Of a stretch of DNA of 35,425 bases, positions 1 to 8,733 are shown in pieces. The translations under genes were made by a program, and so were the position numbers. Position 1 is the stretch's first letter, and every line of letters starts with the position of its first letter. Location of the stretch: positions 64,001 through 99,425 of the IMG/VR virus record IMGVR_UViG_3300001336_000003, one strand, 5' to 3'. Source of the DNA: a virus. Lineage: Duplodnaviria; Heunggongvirae; Uroviricota; Caudoviricetes. The notes under the pieces were generated by a model, which was not told the DNA's origin, did no database searches, and saw only the letters and a list, made by a program, of their open reading frames with translations.

Positions 1-359
1 TTCAGATGGTTGACATATTTTTTAGCGACTGGTTTAGGCTTTTCATCAGTCTTTTCATCTTTATGTTCTTTGGTTTTGTCAATAAATTTATCAGACACAT
101 ACTGATTATACAGTAGTGTATCAAAAGATTTGAGGAATGCTGCAAAAGAATGGCTTTCACCACAATTGTGACAAAAGTATCTAAAGGATTGATACTTATC
201 TTCAAGTAGCCAAGCTCTAGCTTTTGTTTTGGATGTTTGCGAGTCGCCACAATATACACATCTAAAGTTGATGTGGTATGGACTTTTTTTCTTTACTTTA
301 AATCGTTCGAGTCTGTTCGACAACATCATAGCATGTTGCAGATCTACATAGTCTACCAT
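1..359 (-). CDS. 61: DNA primase (T4 gp61-like), N-terminal Zn-binding part; runs off the window edge
   Basis: Translated by hand from ATG at 359: MVDYVDLQHAMMLSNRLERFKVKKKSPYHINFRCVYCGDSQTSKTKARAWLLEDKYQSFRYFCHNCGES..., open to base 1. CxxCGDS...FCHNCG is the gp61 zinc motif. Absent from the ORF track. Confidence 0.92.
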   Translation of the reverse strand, partial: MVDYVDLQHAMMLSNRLERFKVKKKSPYHINFRCVYCGDSQTSKTKARAWLLEDKYQSFRYFCHNCGESHSFAAFLKSFDTLLYNQYVSDKFIDKTKEHKDEKTDEKPKPVAKKYVNHL

Positions 360-397
360 AATATATATCTCTTATTATTTCATTGATGATAACAATG

Positions 398-426
398 ATT
401 ATACCCCTAAACGGGGTGCTTGTCAA
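398..426 (-). promoter_or_regulatory. Consensus sigma70-type (early) promoter for the primase
   Basis: Minus strand TTGACA (426-421), 17-nt spacer, TATAAT (403-398); about 40 nt upstream of the primase ATG. Confidence 0.85.
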
Positions 427-888
427 TCAAAAAAGTGCAGACCACGGAAATTTTGTTATGATAAGCATGATGACTGCAGACACGCCTAAGACATACCATC
501 TCCAGTTTTCAAGTGTGCGGATACGCTTATCTTGGTGGTCAATTTTTTTCCCTAGTGCTTCATGTGACTTGGTTATTGCATCTATGACTTCTTTATGGCG
601 TCTTTCGCGCTCTTGTTGAGCGGTAGTTTTCATATCTTCAAGTTTGGTATTCAAATCTTTACGAAACACAACCTCTTCTTCGTGATGTTTCATGAGCTTC
701 TCTTCTAAGCTAGATATTCTTCTTTCGTTATTTTCCAAGATATTTTCCTGAACTGCGACTGCTCTTAATATATCAGACATTTGCGATACTGATTGATCAA
801 CTTTCAAGAATGATCTTTCAATCAACTTAACGTCTTTTTTTATCAAGGCCACATCGGTTTTGATACTGTTAATTTCTTCCGTTGTCAT
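427..888 (-). CDS. Coiled-coil protein with C-terminal transmembrane helix (XhlA/holin-like), last gene of the lysis cluster
   Basis: Long heptad-rich region, then RIRTLENWRWYVLGVSAVIMLII; overlaps the upstream holin-like gene. Confidence 0.45.
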   Translation of the reverse strand: MTTEEINSIKTDVALIKKDVKLIERSFLKVDQSVSQMSDILRAVAVQENILENNERRISSLEEKLMKHHEEEVVFRKDLNTKLEDMKTTAQQERERRHKEVIDAITKSHEALGKKIDHQDKRIRTLENWRWYVLGVSAVIMLIITKFPWSALF

Positions 889-1168
889 TGTCGCCTTCCT
901 GATAATCCGTTTCTAGCCTTTTTAATTTTTCTTGACCTCTTGTGAAGGCACTAATACCCAAAACTGCACCCATAGCAGCATGAAAAATTCCACCCGCAAT
1001 CAATGTCAAAGGTGTCCATTGTATAGCTACACTGCCCGAACCCCAAACTTGAATAAGACTCCAAAAAATTGGTGCCACCATAAAATCAAATAATATTATC
1101 AGCATGTATACCACAGCCATCATTGGTCGCCAATAAGAATGAAGCCATTCGTCTGGTCTACTTTTCAT
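869..1168 (-). CDS. Putative holin (GTA 3TM-holin-like)
   Basis: YWRPMMAVVYMLIILFDF...FHAAMGAVLGISAFTRGQEK; two or more hydrophobic segments; directly after the spanins. Confidence 0.65.
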   Translation of the reverse strand: MKSRPDEWLHSYWRPMMAVVYMLIILFDFMVAPIFWSLIQVWGSGSVAIQWTPLTLIAGGIFHAAMGAVLGISAFTRGQEKLKRLETDYQEGDNDNGRN

Positions 1169-1182
1169 GGTTTATTTATCCT

Positions 1183-1530
1183 TTAACGAAATTGTCTTTC
1201 GTATATTGCGATTATGCGCTGTTGTTGTTCAATCAATGCTCTTACATCAGATAGATTCAACGCGATGTTTTCATAACCATCTGTAGTAACTGCGAACAAG
1301 ACTTTTTCGCCTTGGATATTTGCAAAGACTTCTTCAATGTTTTCTGGTGTTACAACAATCCAACTGACAGTCCTTAAATCCAATTGATCCACTCTAGGAA
1401 CAATTGGTGCAGGTCTAGGAACTTGAACTGTTCTGATTTCTACAGGTGTTACGGGTTGGACTGGAGGTGTGGATGCACATGCAGCAACAAAAAGTAAAGC
1501 AGGTAGTATAAAATATTTCATCATTTTCAA
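1183..1530 (-). CDS. o-spanin-like outer-membrane lipoprotein (Rz1-like)
   Basis: Signal peptide with lipobox LFVAA-C, Pro-rich linker, C-terminal helix; ATGA overlap with the upstream i-spanin. Confidence 0.72.
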   Translation of the reverse strand: MKMMKYFILPALLFVAACASTPPVQPVTPVEIRTVQVPRPAPIVPRVDQLDLRTVSWIVVTPENIEEVFANIQGEKVLFAVTTDGYENIALNLSDVRALIEQQQRIIAIYERQFR

Positions 1531-1997
1531 TCTACACTTTCAAATAGCCAAGGACATTCAGGGTTTGCTTCTCTAGAATTTCTAGCATTTATTTCCCTTT
1601 CAGTAAGTGGCGAACCAGATAAAATTTCAAAACACCTCATGGCGTTTTCAGATGCGCGATTGATTGTTCTTTCAACAAGTGTCGGTCTAGCAGCAGCCAA
1701 AGCGTCCAATTCATGTCTACCTAATCTTTCGCGCAATTCATGATTTTCCATACGAATTACTTGAAATTCGTTTTCTAGTTGTGTGTAGTTTTGTCTGTTT
1801 TCTTCATGTAGATTTTGAAGTTCGTCAATCGTTTCTAGGTTTTCAGTGTTGGCGTGTAACAATTGGCCGTTGTTCACAACCAATGTAGCATTGGCTTGCG
1901 TCAAAGCTTCAATTCGCGTTTGAGTGGTGGTGTAATAATAGTATACACCACCACTTAATAACGCTATTAGAATACCTATGAAAATCCAAGATTTCAT
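1527..1997 (-). CDS. i-spanin-like inner-membrane protein (Rz-like)
   Basis: N-terminal TM (WIFIGILIALLSGGVYYYY), long coiled coil, two C-terminal Cys; coupled to the lipoprotein gene. Confidence 0.72.
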   Translation of the reverse strand: MKSWIFIGILIALLSGGVYYYYTTTQTRIEALTQANATLVVNNGQLLHANTENLETIDELQNLHEENRQNYTQLENEFQVIRMENHELRERLGRHELDALAAARPTLVERTINRASENAMRCFEILSGSPLTEREINARNSREANPECPWLFESVD

Positions 1998-2002
1998 CTG
2001 AA

Positions 2003-2704
2003 TTAACGGTTATTTCTCTTCTTTATAGTATCCATGATTTGTTTTCTCATTTTTATTCTTTTATTAACGTCAATATCTGTCATATTATTTAGAACTTTCA
2101 TCACTGCTTGTTGCATATCACTTGCTTGGTCTTTCTTAACCATTGTGTTAGCCTTAGATATTATAGCATCATAACTTTCATCAAGATCTTCATCATCAAG
2201 ATTTTCTTTAACCGAATGACCTTTAAGAAGCGCATGAATAAGTTTTTTTCCTTTAGAGGAAGTTGGCTTACCCTTTTTATCAGCAGACGAAATAGCCTTA
2301 TCAACTGCATCTTTGTTGTAAGACGCTTCATCAAGATCGTATTGTTCTTTAAACTCACCTTTTTTATAGTTTTCAAAATCGACTGCCGCTTTCATTGCAG
2401 CATTTTGTTTGAATCCTTTCTGTTGAAGGAATTTTGCTACTGCATTGACAGATGCAACTTTACCGACTTTGAAATTTGGGAAGTCTTTGTCCAATTGCTT
2501 CATCAAGTCTGTTTTGGTAGCTTCTTCAAGCTCTTCATCTTCATCATCTTCATCATCGTCATCATCATCGTCGTAATCGTCTTCTTCTTTCATTTTTGCT
2601 TCAAGAGCAAGTGCAACGCGATTGCGAAGTTCTTCTTCCAAAGCTTCTTTCAAACCTAGTGGGTTTTTTTCCACGGATTCTTTGATAATTTTTTGTAGTG
2701 ACAT
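2003..2704 (-). CDS. Head/prohead-core-like protein with gp67-like N-terminus and acidic tract
   Basis: Helical N-terminus followed by EEDDYDDDDDDDEDDEDEE, as in T4 gp67; repeated L(D/E)E(A/S) linkers; N-terminus paralogous to 4188-5150. Confidence 0.45.
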   Translation of the reverse strand: MSLQKIIKESVEKNPLGLKEALEEELRNRVALALEAKMKEEDDYDDDDDDDEDDEDEELEEATKTDLMKQLDKDFPNFKVGKVASVNAVAKFLQQKGFKQNAAMKAAVDFENYKKGEFKEQYDLDEASYNKDAVDKAISSADKKGKPTSSKGKKLIHALLKGHSVKENLDDEDLDESYDAIISKANTMVKKDQASDMQQAVMKVLNNMTDIDVNKRIKMRKQIMDTIKKRNNR

Positions 2705-2705
2705 A

Positions 2706-3590
2706 TTAGTTTCTCCTTAATAGTCTATCGATTTGTTGTTGGTTAAGAATACCATTTGCTGCAAATCTATTTATTCTTTGCCAAGACTTGACTGCAGCAT
2801 CGGTCACGTTTCCGAATATACCATCTGCGCCAATTTTCAAAGCAGCTTGAACTTGTCTTACCAAATCGCCCCTAGAACCTTTTTGTAACACAATGTCGGA
2901 AGGGGCTTTTTGTGTCACTGAATCGGTGATTTGTTCGTTAACGCTTGTTTTATTTCCCAACACCGATTTAGCAGCAACATATCTTTTTCTTCTATCTTCG
3001 ATACCAATGTCACCGCCATTGACTCTTTTAGACATACCATCAATATCATCGCGATCTGCAAAGCTTGCCAAATTGTTTTTCTGCCAAAACCAACATGCAG
3101 ATTCAAATGCACCTTCTTTTGTTCTTACATAATCAGCGGCTTTTTCTGGTGTCATGTCAATAGATTTGCCGAAACTGGTGAAATTGTTTCTGCCCGTCAA
3201 CTGCTTTATACCACCGCCACGAAATCTCCATCCATCACCTTCACGAACATTTCCTAATGCGCCAGACTTTGAACGAAATTCATCCATGTAAACATAGTTG
3301 GCTATTTTTTGTGGATTTCTGGCATATTCGGCTGCATTTCTTTTTGGTGGGGGGCCAAAGTATCTACCAAAAACGCGATTCAAAGCATCTGCACTATAGT
3401 TCAAATTTTCTTCAAGTGTGCGAAAATCGCCAGATTCATGTGAACATTGCGCCATAAATCCTGCTATTCGATTTGTTGTGTTTATTTGATATTTTTCAAA
3501 AAAACGAATCGCTATTGGATACCATACTTCTGGTTCTTTGTTGGTAGGTATCATTCTTCTGAATTGTTCTAGTGTTGTCATATCGTTCAC
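2706..3590 (-). CDS. Endolysin: glycoside hydrolase family 19 domain plus C-terminal peptidoglycan-binding domain
   Basis: IAGFMAQCSHESGDFRTLEENLNYS, GDGWRFRGGGIKQLTGRNN (GH19) and LQKGSRGDLVRQVQAALKIGADGIFG (PG_binding_1). Confidence 0.9.
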   Translation of the reverse strand: MNDMTTLEQFRRMIPTNKEPEVWYPIAIRFFEKYQINTTNRIAGFMAQCSHESGDFRTLEENLNYSADALNRVFGRYFGPPPKRNAAEYARNPQKIANYVYMDEFRSKSGALGNVREGDGWRFRGGGIKQLTGRNNFTSFGKSIDMTPEKAADYVRTKEGAFESACWFWQKNNLASFADRDDIDGMSKRVNGGDIGIEDRRKRYVAAKSVLGNKTSVNEQITDSVTQKAPSDIVLQKGSRGDLVRQVQAALKIGADGIFGNVTDAAVKSWQRINRFAANGILNQQQIDRLLRRN

Positions 3591-4147
3591 CCTTTAATGT
3601 TTGCGGAACCTATTATGTCTCTAAGTCTTTTCTTGCCGTCTTTTGTTCTTGACTTGTGACGTCTCATTTGTGTTCGATTTAGACCTAGTTCCCCTTGTGG
3701 GCCTACACCTAATCCTGCGATGTTTCCAGAACCTACATTCATTGTAGGAACTTCTTCATTTTTTACCTTGACAACACTTTCATCTAGTGTATAATCGAGG
3801 TATCTCGAAAAAGATTCTATAGATTCATATATAGAATCGTCCGATACATTTTCTGTGAGCATTGTGTCATTTGAAAAATGATTCCATTCGCGAATGAGAT
3901 ATAGTGCGGCCATGTAAGACGCGAGTCTTGTCTGGCCACCAGGGACTTTTTCAATCAACTTTTTTATGTTCAATATCATCAAGTCATAGATACCAAAAGC
4001 ATTTTTTTCTTCTCTAGTCGCCAAAGACTTTCTCTTTTTTAATACGTTACCGCGTTCATCAATTATGCCTAGCTTGAACGCCTCCCAATCTTTGAAAGGC
4101 GTAGCTAGTCTTCTAACGAACTGGTATACGAGATACAAATCTAGCAT
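3587..4147 (-). CDS. Conserved T4-superfamily hypothetical protein
   Basis: DLYLVYQFVRRLATPFKDWEAFKLGIIDERG and EEVPTMNVGSGNIAGLG resemble motifs recurrent in marine T4-like phage proteins; good SD (AAGGA). Confidence 0.7.
   Translation of the reverse strand: MLDLYLVYQFVRRLATPFKDWEAFKLGIIDERGNVLKKRKSLATREEKNAFGIYDLMILNIKKLIEKVPGGQTRLASYMAALYLIREWNHFSNDTMLTENVSDDSIYESIESFSRYLDYTLDESVVKVKNEEVPTMNVGSGNIAGLGVGPQGELGLNRTQMRRHKSRTKDGKKRLRDIIGSANIKG
3768..3795 (+). promoter_or_regulatory. Candidate antisense sigma70-type promoter inside a late gene
   Basis: Plus strand TTGACA (3768-3773), 16-nt spacer, TATAAT (3790-3795). No sense gene lies downstream on this strand. Confidence 0.35.
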
Positions 4148-4187
4148 TTACGTTTCCTTATTTAAGGTTGACACTGAAATAAATTTA

Positions 4188-5150
4188 TTATGTCTCACTT
4201 AAATCTTTTAACACGTCTTCAAGATTGTGATACGGGCCTTTATGCGAGTTTTTTGTTTTTATATGAAAATAACCACTTTTATCTTTGACGACCTTTGTAC
4301 CATCTGCTTTTTTAGTAAGTATTTGTATTATTTTATTCAAAGTGGATTCATTCAAAGACTCATTAACTTCTTTAGTGTAGTAAATTTCTACACTGTCGTC
4401 TTTGTATGAACTGCTATCAGACTTCCATTTTGCATAAAATTGGGTTGGTTGGTTCAACTTAACCCAATCTTTTACTGCTGCAAGTGTGGACTTACCTTTA
4501 GCGCCCGCGTAACCTTTTTTAGCTTTTCCCATGAATTCTTTGACTTTTTTCATAGAATCCAACTGTCTTCCAAAAGGTTGATTTAGGAATTCATTATCGA
4601 TTCCATCAACATTCACGGCATAGCTGAAACCACCTGAACTACCAAAAGCTGGTTTGTCTTTCTTGGCTTCAAGCAAATCAACTGACTCTTTTGCCAATTG
4701 GAATCCAGCATTTTTCATGATGTTTTGCAATCCACCAACTTGTGCTGGTGTGAATGACTTGTTCTTTGCATAGAAGTCAACAAGACCCTTACCAAATTCT
4801 TTTGTCTTTGCATCTTTTGCATTGCTTGCCAACTTCTTTGCAGCAGCGAGAACTTCCGCATCTGACATTTTGGCTTCATCAAGCTTAACTGACTCTTTCT
4901 TCATAGCTTTAGCAATAGCTTGGCGGCGCTTGTGTAGATATTCGTCGGATGAATCAACATCGCCGTCATTGTCGATATCTTTATCTTCACGATCTTCAAA
5001 GTCGCCTTTCAAAGCGTCTGGATTAACTTTGTCAAGCTTTTTCGCTTCCAAAGCAAGAGCAATTCTTTCCATTATTACTTCTTCAAAGACTTGCTTTAAG
5101 CCCAATGGGTTCTTTTCGATGGATTCGTTTATAATTTGTTTGATAGTCAT
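4188..5150 (-). CDS. Modular head/internal protein, N-terminus paralogous to 2003-2704
   Basis: MTIKQIINESIEKNPLGLKQVFEEVIMERIALALEAK; contains the DKDIDNDGDVDSSDEYLHKRRQAI motif; modules separated by LDEA, LLEA and LNES. Confidence 0.6.
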   Translation of the reverse strand: MTIKQIINESIEKNPLGLKQVFEEVIMERIALALEAKKLDKVNPDALKGDFEDREDKDIDNDGDVDSSDEYLHKRRQAIAKAMKKESVKLDEAKMSDAEVLAAAKKLASNAKDAKTKEFGKGLVDFYAKNKSFTPAQVGGLQNIMKNAGFQLAKESVDLLEAKKDKPAFGSSGGFSYAVNVDGIDNEFLNQPFGRQLDSMKKVKEFMGKAKKGYAGAKGKSTLAAVKDWVKLNQPTQFYAKWKSDSSSYKDDSVEIYYTKEVNESLNESTLNKIIQILTKKADGTKVVKDKSGYFHIKTKNSHKGPYHNLEDVLKDLSET

Positions 5151-5151
5151 T

Positions 5152-5526
5152 TCATATCTCCTTGAGTTTTGATACTATTTTTTCGTTGGACTCTATATCA
5201 TTAGTATGTATAACAATTCCCTCATATTCCACTTTTTCTGGCAGGTAGTTTAAAAAATCTATGAATGGTTTGAGGCATTCGTGATAATCTTTCATCTTAA
5301 AAAATAGCATATCTGTTGCGCTTTTGCCGAAAGTGTTATAGATAATAATGATATGATTGAGAATCAACCTCTCTTTCAAATCATCATCTGAAGAATATCT
5401 ATTAAAAAGCTTTCGTATGTATTGAAATCTTTTCAGATCTTCTTCAAATTCTGATATATCATGACAGTGTGGATTGTCATAATGTTTCATAGCATACTGT
5501 AGAAAGGTTGATTCATCTAATCTCAT
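5152..5526 (-). CDS. Conserved T4-superfamily hypothetical protein
   Basis: FLQYAMKHYDNPHC...EFEEDLKRFQYIRKLF...LKERLILNHIII, a family recognisable from cyanophage-like T4s. Confidence 0.75.
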   Translation of the reverse strand: MRLDESTFLQYAMKHYDNPHCHDISEFEEDLKRFQYIRKLFNRYSSDDDLKERLILNHIIIIYNTFGKSATDMLFFKMKDYHECLKPFIDFLNYLPEKVEYEGIVIHTNDIESNEKIVSKLKEI

Positions 5527-5527
5527 A

Positions 5528-5962
5528 TCAGGTCTTCATAGCAACCAATGTTTCGACTTTACGTCTTGTGTTGCCATTTTGATCAATGTAGGTTTTCGAT
5601 GTTGTCCAACCTGGTGAACGAATTCCAAGTGCTCTTGCCGAAGAATTTTGTGCTTCTGCTGTTGAAATCAATGCGGTGTCAGCAGTGGCGGTTTCAAGCG
5701 GAAGATACTTAGGAACTTGGCTATATGTAACATCTTCGGCTGTATAATCTGTTACAGCAACTGGTTGAATTTCCATTTCTGTGTTGGAAACAATTGCAAC
5801 AACGCGATAACGATCTTCTGTCAAAACGTCAAACGCAACAACATCACCTACAGAAAGTTCTTCTGTGAAAAGTGTATTGGTCCCTGTTACAGTTGACGCA
5901 TCTTCTGATACGGTAACTGTGCCTGTTAGTTCTTCTTCGTATAGTTTACCCCATAGTGGCAT
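5528..5962 (-). CDS. Putative virion (head decoration-like) structural protein
   Basis: MPLWG N-terminus and PGW...YIDQNGNTRRKVETLVAM C-terminus, with a Thr/Val-rich beta insert; typical of T4-like virion proteins. Confidence 0.55.
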   Translation of the reverse strand: MPLWGKLYEEELTGTVTVSEDASTVTGTNTLFTEELSVGDVVAFDVLTEDRYRVVAIVSNTEMEIQPVAVTDYTAEDVTYSQVPKYLPLETATADTALISTAEAQNSSARALGIRSPGWTTSKTYIDQNGNTRRKVETLVAMKT

Positions 5963-5994
5963 TTTTGTTCTCCTTGTATTATGGGTTGTGGTAT

Positions 5995-6002
5995 TATTTA
6001 TT
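5995..6002 (-). promoter_or_regulatory. Possible T4-type late promoter variant (AATAAATA)
   Basis: 7/8 match to TATAAATA, 33 nt upstream of the ATG at 5962. Confidence 0.4.
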
Positions 6003-6894
6003 GTATATACATGTTCAATTCGTAACGACCTTCGTCGTAATATACTTGCATGTTAAGCTTCTGTTTCACGTCTTTGCCGTTCTTCATCAAATTTATAGAA
6101 TACATGTTGGTCTTACCACTACTAGGTTTTCTTGGACCCATAGCTACTTTTCTATCCCAATCATCATCGTCAACTTGGAAGCCTCTTTTTTCTGCTACAT
6201 CTATTGCGTGTTGGACAGCAGATGAAAACGTCTTGTGGTTTATTGTGTATCCACTAGCTTCATCCAAATCGAAATCTTCTTTCACAGAAATCTTTTCAAC
6301 CGACATGAAATCTGGTAGATCATCAAGCATAATAGCATAACCACCACCTAGTGAACCATCTGCTTTTACCATATGGGCTTTGCGCCCATCTTTAGTTTTC
6401 GTAATCTTACGAATCATCATAGTTTGCGACTCTGCTGAGAGTCTACCCAATCTACCTCCAAGAGTAATGCCGTTTTTACCCCCTACCACGTCTTGTCTCG
6501 CGGATTTAGTTATTTTCACAACATCACCTGTTTTAAGACTACTATCAGCTTTTTTACTTTCAATTATTTCCAAAGATTCCATCTTCAAACCACGGCTAAT
6601 AACACGATTTCTTGCTAATGCACTAACAAAAGGAACATCTGATTTTGCAAGTGTCTTGAGTTGATTGTCTGGAAGTCCATTTAGCATAGTAATCAATTTT
6701 TTATAAGCTTCACTATCTGGATCGATTTTTTTGATTCCACCATACGCCTTTTTCAACGCTTCAATATGCGCCTTTGAAAATGATGCTTCTGATAGAATGA
6801 ATTGCGTTTCTTCTATCAGTTCCTTGTGTTCATACACTGGTTCACTTTCTTTAGCCTGTCTTTCCAAGTATTCCATTAGAATTTTCTTGAACAT
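5998..6894 (-). CDS. Modular hypothetical (probable internal/ejected) protein
   Basis: Three apparent modules starting after ILSEA, EIIES and DLDEA. Confidence 0.6.
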   Translation of the reverse strand: MFKKILMEYLERQAKESEPVYEHKELIEETQFILSEASFSKAHIEALKKAYGGIKKIDPDSEAYKKLITMLNGLPDNQLKTLAKSDVPFVSALARNRVISRGLKMESLEIIESKKADSSLKTGDVVKITKSARQDVVGGKNGITLGGRLGRLSAESQTMMIRKITKTKDGRKAHMVKADGSLGGGYAIMLDDLPDFMSVEKISVKEDFDLDEASGYTINHKTFSSAVQHAIDVAEKRGFQVDDDDWDRKVAMGPRKPSSGKTNMYSINLMKNGKDVKQKLNMQVYYDEGRYELNMYIQ

Positions 6895-6896
6895 TT

Positions 6897-7178
6897 CTAC
6901 CCCACTTCGGTTATCTTAATTGTTAATTTTTCGTCACTAGGAATTATTCTATGATAAATCATCTTTTGGATGTGTAATACGTCACCCTTATTTATAAGAA
7001 AAGGCAACTGATCGTCAAATTGGAACTTCCAATTACAACCTTCTAAGACTTCTACTATTCTATCTTCGTAATCCCTGTGCCAGACATATTCATCGTTTTC
7101 CGCAACTTGTGGGTCAAATGTTCTTATCCAAGAACAATCGTCTATTTTTGTATCGATGTAAGGTTTTCTATTTTCCAT
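6897..7178 (-). CDS. Small cupin-like protein
   Basis: VWHRDYEDRIVEVLEG...WKFQFDD...KGDVLHIQKMIYHRII matches the two cupin motifs. Confidence 0.5.
   Translation of the reverse strand: MENRKPYIDTKIDDCSWIRTFDPQVAENDEYVWHRDYEDRIVEVLEGCNWKFQFDDQLPFLINKGDVLHIQKMIYHRIIPSDEKLTIKITEVG
6989..6996 (-). promoter_or_regulatory. T4-type late promoter TATAAATA
   Basis: Exact consensus, about 95 nt upstream of the ATG at 6894. Confidence 0.55.
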
Positions 7179-7185
7179 TTCACCA

Positions 7186-7713
7186 TCACCAAAAGAATTT
7201 TCCGCCCCCGCTAAGACCTACCTTAGAAGAAAAATGCGGTAAGCGACACGCCCAATAACCAGGCTTTGTCTTGTCTGTTTTATTTGCACAATCATGTCTT
7301 GCAGCAAAAGACTTCCTTGCTTCGGGGTCATTTATTTTTGCAGTAAGTCCAGTAGTATCGCCAAATTCGACTTTTATCACATTGCCCTTGTCATTCTTTA
7401 CATAGACGTAATATTTTTTGTTGCCACCCCTTTTAGGGCTATTAAGTTCGACATCTTTTTCTTCTTCTAACGGAAAATCCAACGGAACTTTTTCACCTTC
7501 GTAGTAATCTGATTCCCCTATATCCGATTCCATAATATCTTGTTCAAACCAGTCATGACAATGATATTCGCCACTTTCATATAGACTTCTTGCATGACGA
7601 AACAACGCATAATTCATGTCAGAATGTGGTCTGAACACATTTTCGTATAGTGGTGTATCAGATTCGATATGTTGTTGCATAGCGCGATATAATGTGTATT
7701 GGGAAAACTTCAT
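7186..7713 (-). CDS. Conserved phage hypothetical protein
   Basis: C-terminal KKYYVYVKNDKGNVIKVEFGD...ARKSFAARHDC...KTKPGYWAC motif, seen in large phages; CTS-like start MKFSQY. Confidence 0.65.
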   Translation of the reverse strand: MKFSQYTLYRAMQQHIESDTPLYENVFRPHSDMNYALFRHARSLYESGEYHCHDWFEQDIMESDIGESDYYEGEKVPLDFPLEEEKDVELNSPKRGGNKKYYVYVKNDKGNVIKVEFGDTTGLTAKINDPEARKSFAARHDCANKTDKTKPGYWACRLPHFSSKVGLSGGGKFFW

Positions 7714-8432
7714 GATGCAAACCTTTTAGCGCCGCCTCTTAAATTGGAAACAAGTTTTCTAACGTTGAATGTCTTTGCAAGCCCGTATATCAATGATACG
7801 ATGAACAATGCAGTTTGTGGGCCAGGCCATGGGAAACTTAGGAAAGAACCAGTAATGAACAATGTTAGTAGTTTTACACCATCTGGTCCTGTGAATATGT
7901 CTGTTAATGAAAAGTTACCTAGAAGTGCGGAAATCAATGTTGATTGGTCAAAATCGTAATCGAAGTCGCCAGTGAAGCTCATATTTAACCATATGTAAAG
8001 AAGAATCGCGCCAACTGCTATGCCAACCAATCTTTTTGTCTTAGGATGCCTTTTCAAGAATTCATCCAAGTCTTTGATTTTTTCTGTTGTCCACTTTACA
8101 ACTTTTGTTTCGGCTATGTATTCTGCAATAGTTGTTTGAAGATCGCGGTAGTATTTAAACCCCTTGCGAACAAGATCAAAAAGTCTTTTGACGGAAAACC
8201 CTATTTTCTTGAAGAATTCGAACACGCCTTTATTCTTCAGAAGTTCGGCAATGTCTTTGATTCCTATCTTGGCTTTTTCTGCCAAGTCTTTGATGAAATC
8301 GTAGTATTTTTTAAGCTTTCCAGTTATACCAGACAAGAATTCGTATAGCGAATCGTCTTCATGTAAACGAATCGCTTCCATGTATAATTCATAGTCTCTA
8401 TCTTGCATATAACCAGAAAAGTTCTTCATCAA
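7710..8432 (-). CDS. Hypothetical protein with C-terminal membrane segments
   Basis: Amphipathic Lys-rich helices followed by LVGIAVGAILLYIWL and two further hydrophobic stretches; ATGA-coupled to both neighbours. Confidence 0.6.
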   Translation of the reverse strand: MMKNFSGYMQDRDYELYMEAIRLHEDDSLYEFLSGITGKLKKYYDFIKDLAEKAKIGIKDIAELLKNKGVFEFFKKIGFSVKRLFDLVRKGFKYYRDLQTTIAEYIAETKVVKWTTEKIKDLDEFLKRHPKTKRLVGIAVGAILLYIWLNMSFTGDFDYDFDQSTLISALLGNFSLTDIFTGPDGVKLLTLFITGSFLSFPWPGPQTALFIVSLIYGLAKTFNVRKLVSNLRGGAKRFAS

Positions 8433-8719
8433 TAGTTTCCGTCAAACCGATTGAATGGTGAATCGTAATCTGGTTCATCATCATATTCTGACTCATCATC
8501 CATATTCGATTGCATGAACGTGTATACAGATGTAAGATAATCGGCTGCAAGTGTTATTTTGCTAAGATTCCATCTTTCCAATTCTGCGCCATTTTCTAGC
8601 ATTTCAAGAATTTTACCAGAAGTGTAACACGCAATCTTCAATTCGCGAATTGACATGTCGTCGTGTTCTTCTTCATAACCTTCTTTAAGGCCATTCTTAA
8701 ATTCTTTATAGGACTTCAT
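8429..8719 (-). CDS. Conserved T4-superfamily hypothetical protein
   Basis: CTS-like start MKSYKEF; ELERWNLSKITLAADYL motif. Confidence 0.65.
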   Translation of the reverse strand: MKSYKEFKNGLKEGYEEEHDDMSIRELKIACYTSGKILEMLENGAELERWNLSKITLAADYLTSVYTFMQSNMDDESEYDDEPDYDSPFNRFDGNY

Positions 8720-8733
8720 TTTCTTTTCCTTTA

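Noticed and set aside
2-259. 85-aa minus-strand ORF in the track
   Set aside because: It is an alternative frame of the primase gene; the true frame starts at 359 and carries the zinc motifs.
1173-1180. GATAAATA as a late promoter for the holin
   Set aside because: Only 4 nt from the ATG and overlapping the AGGA SD; more simply read as the ribosome-binding region.
2540-2590. GAT/GAC trinucleotide repeat
   Set aside because: It simply encodes the acidic tract of the gp67-like protein.
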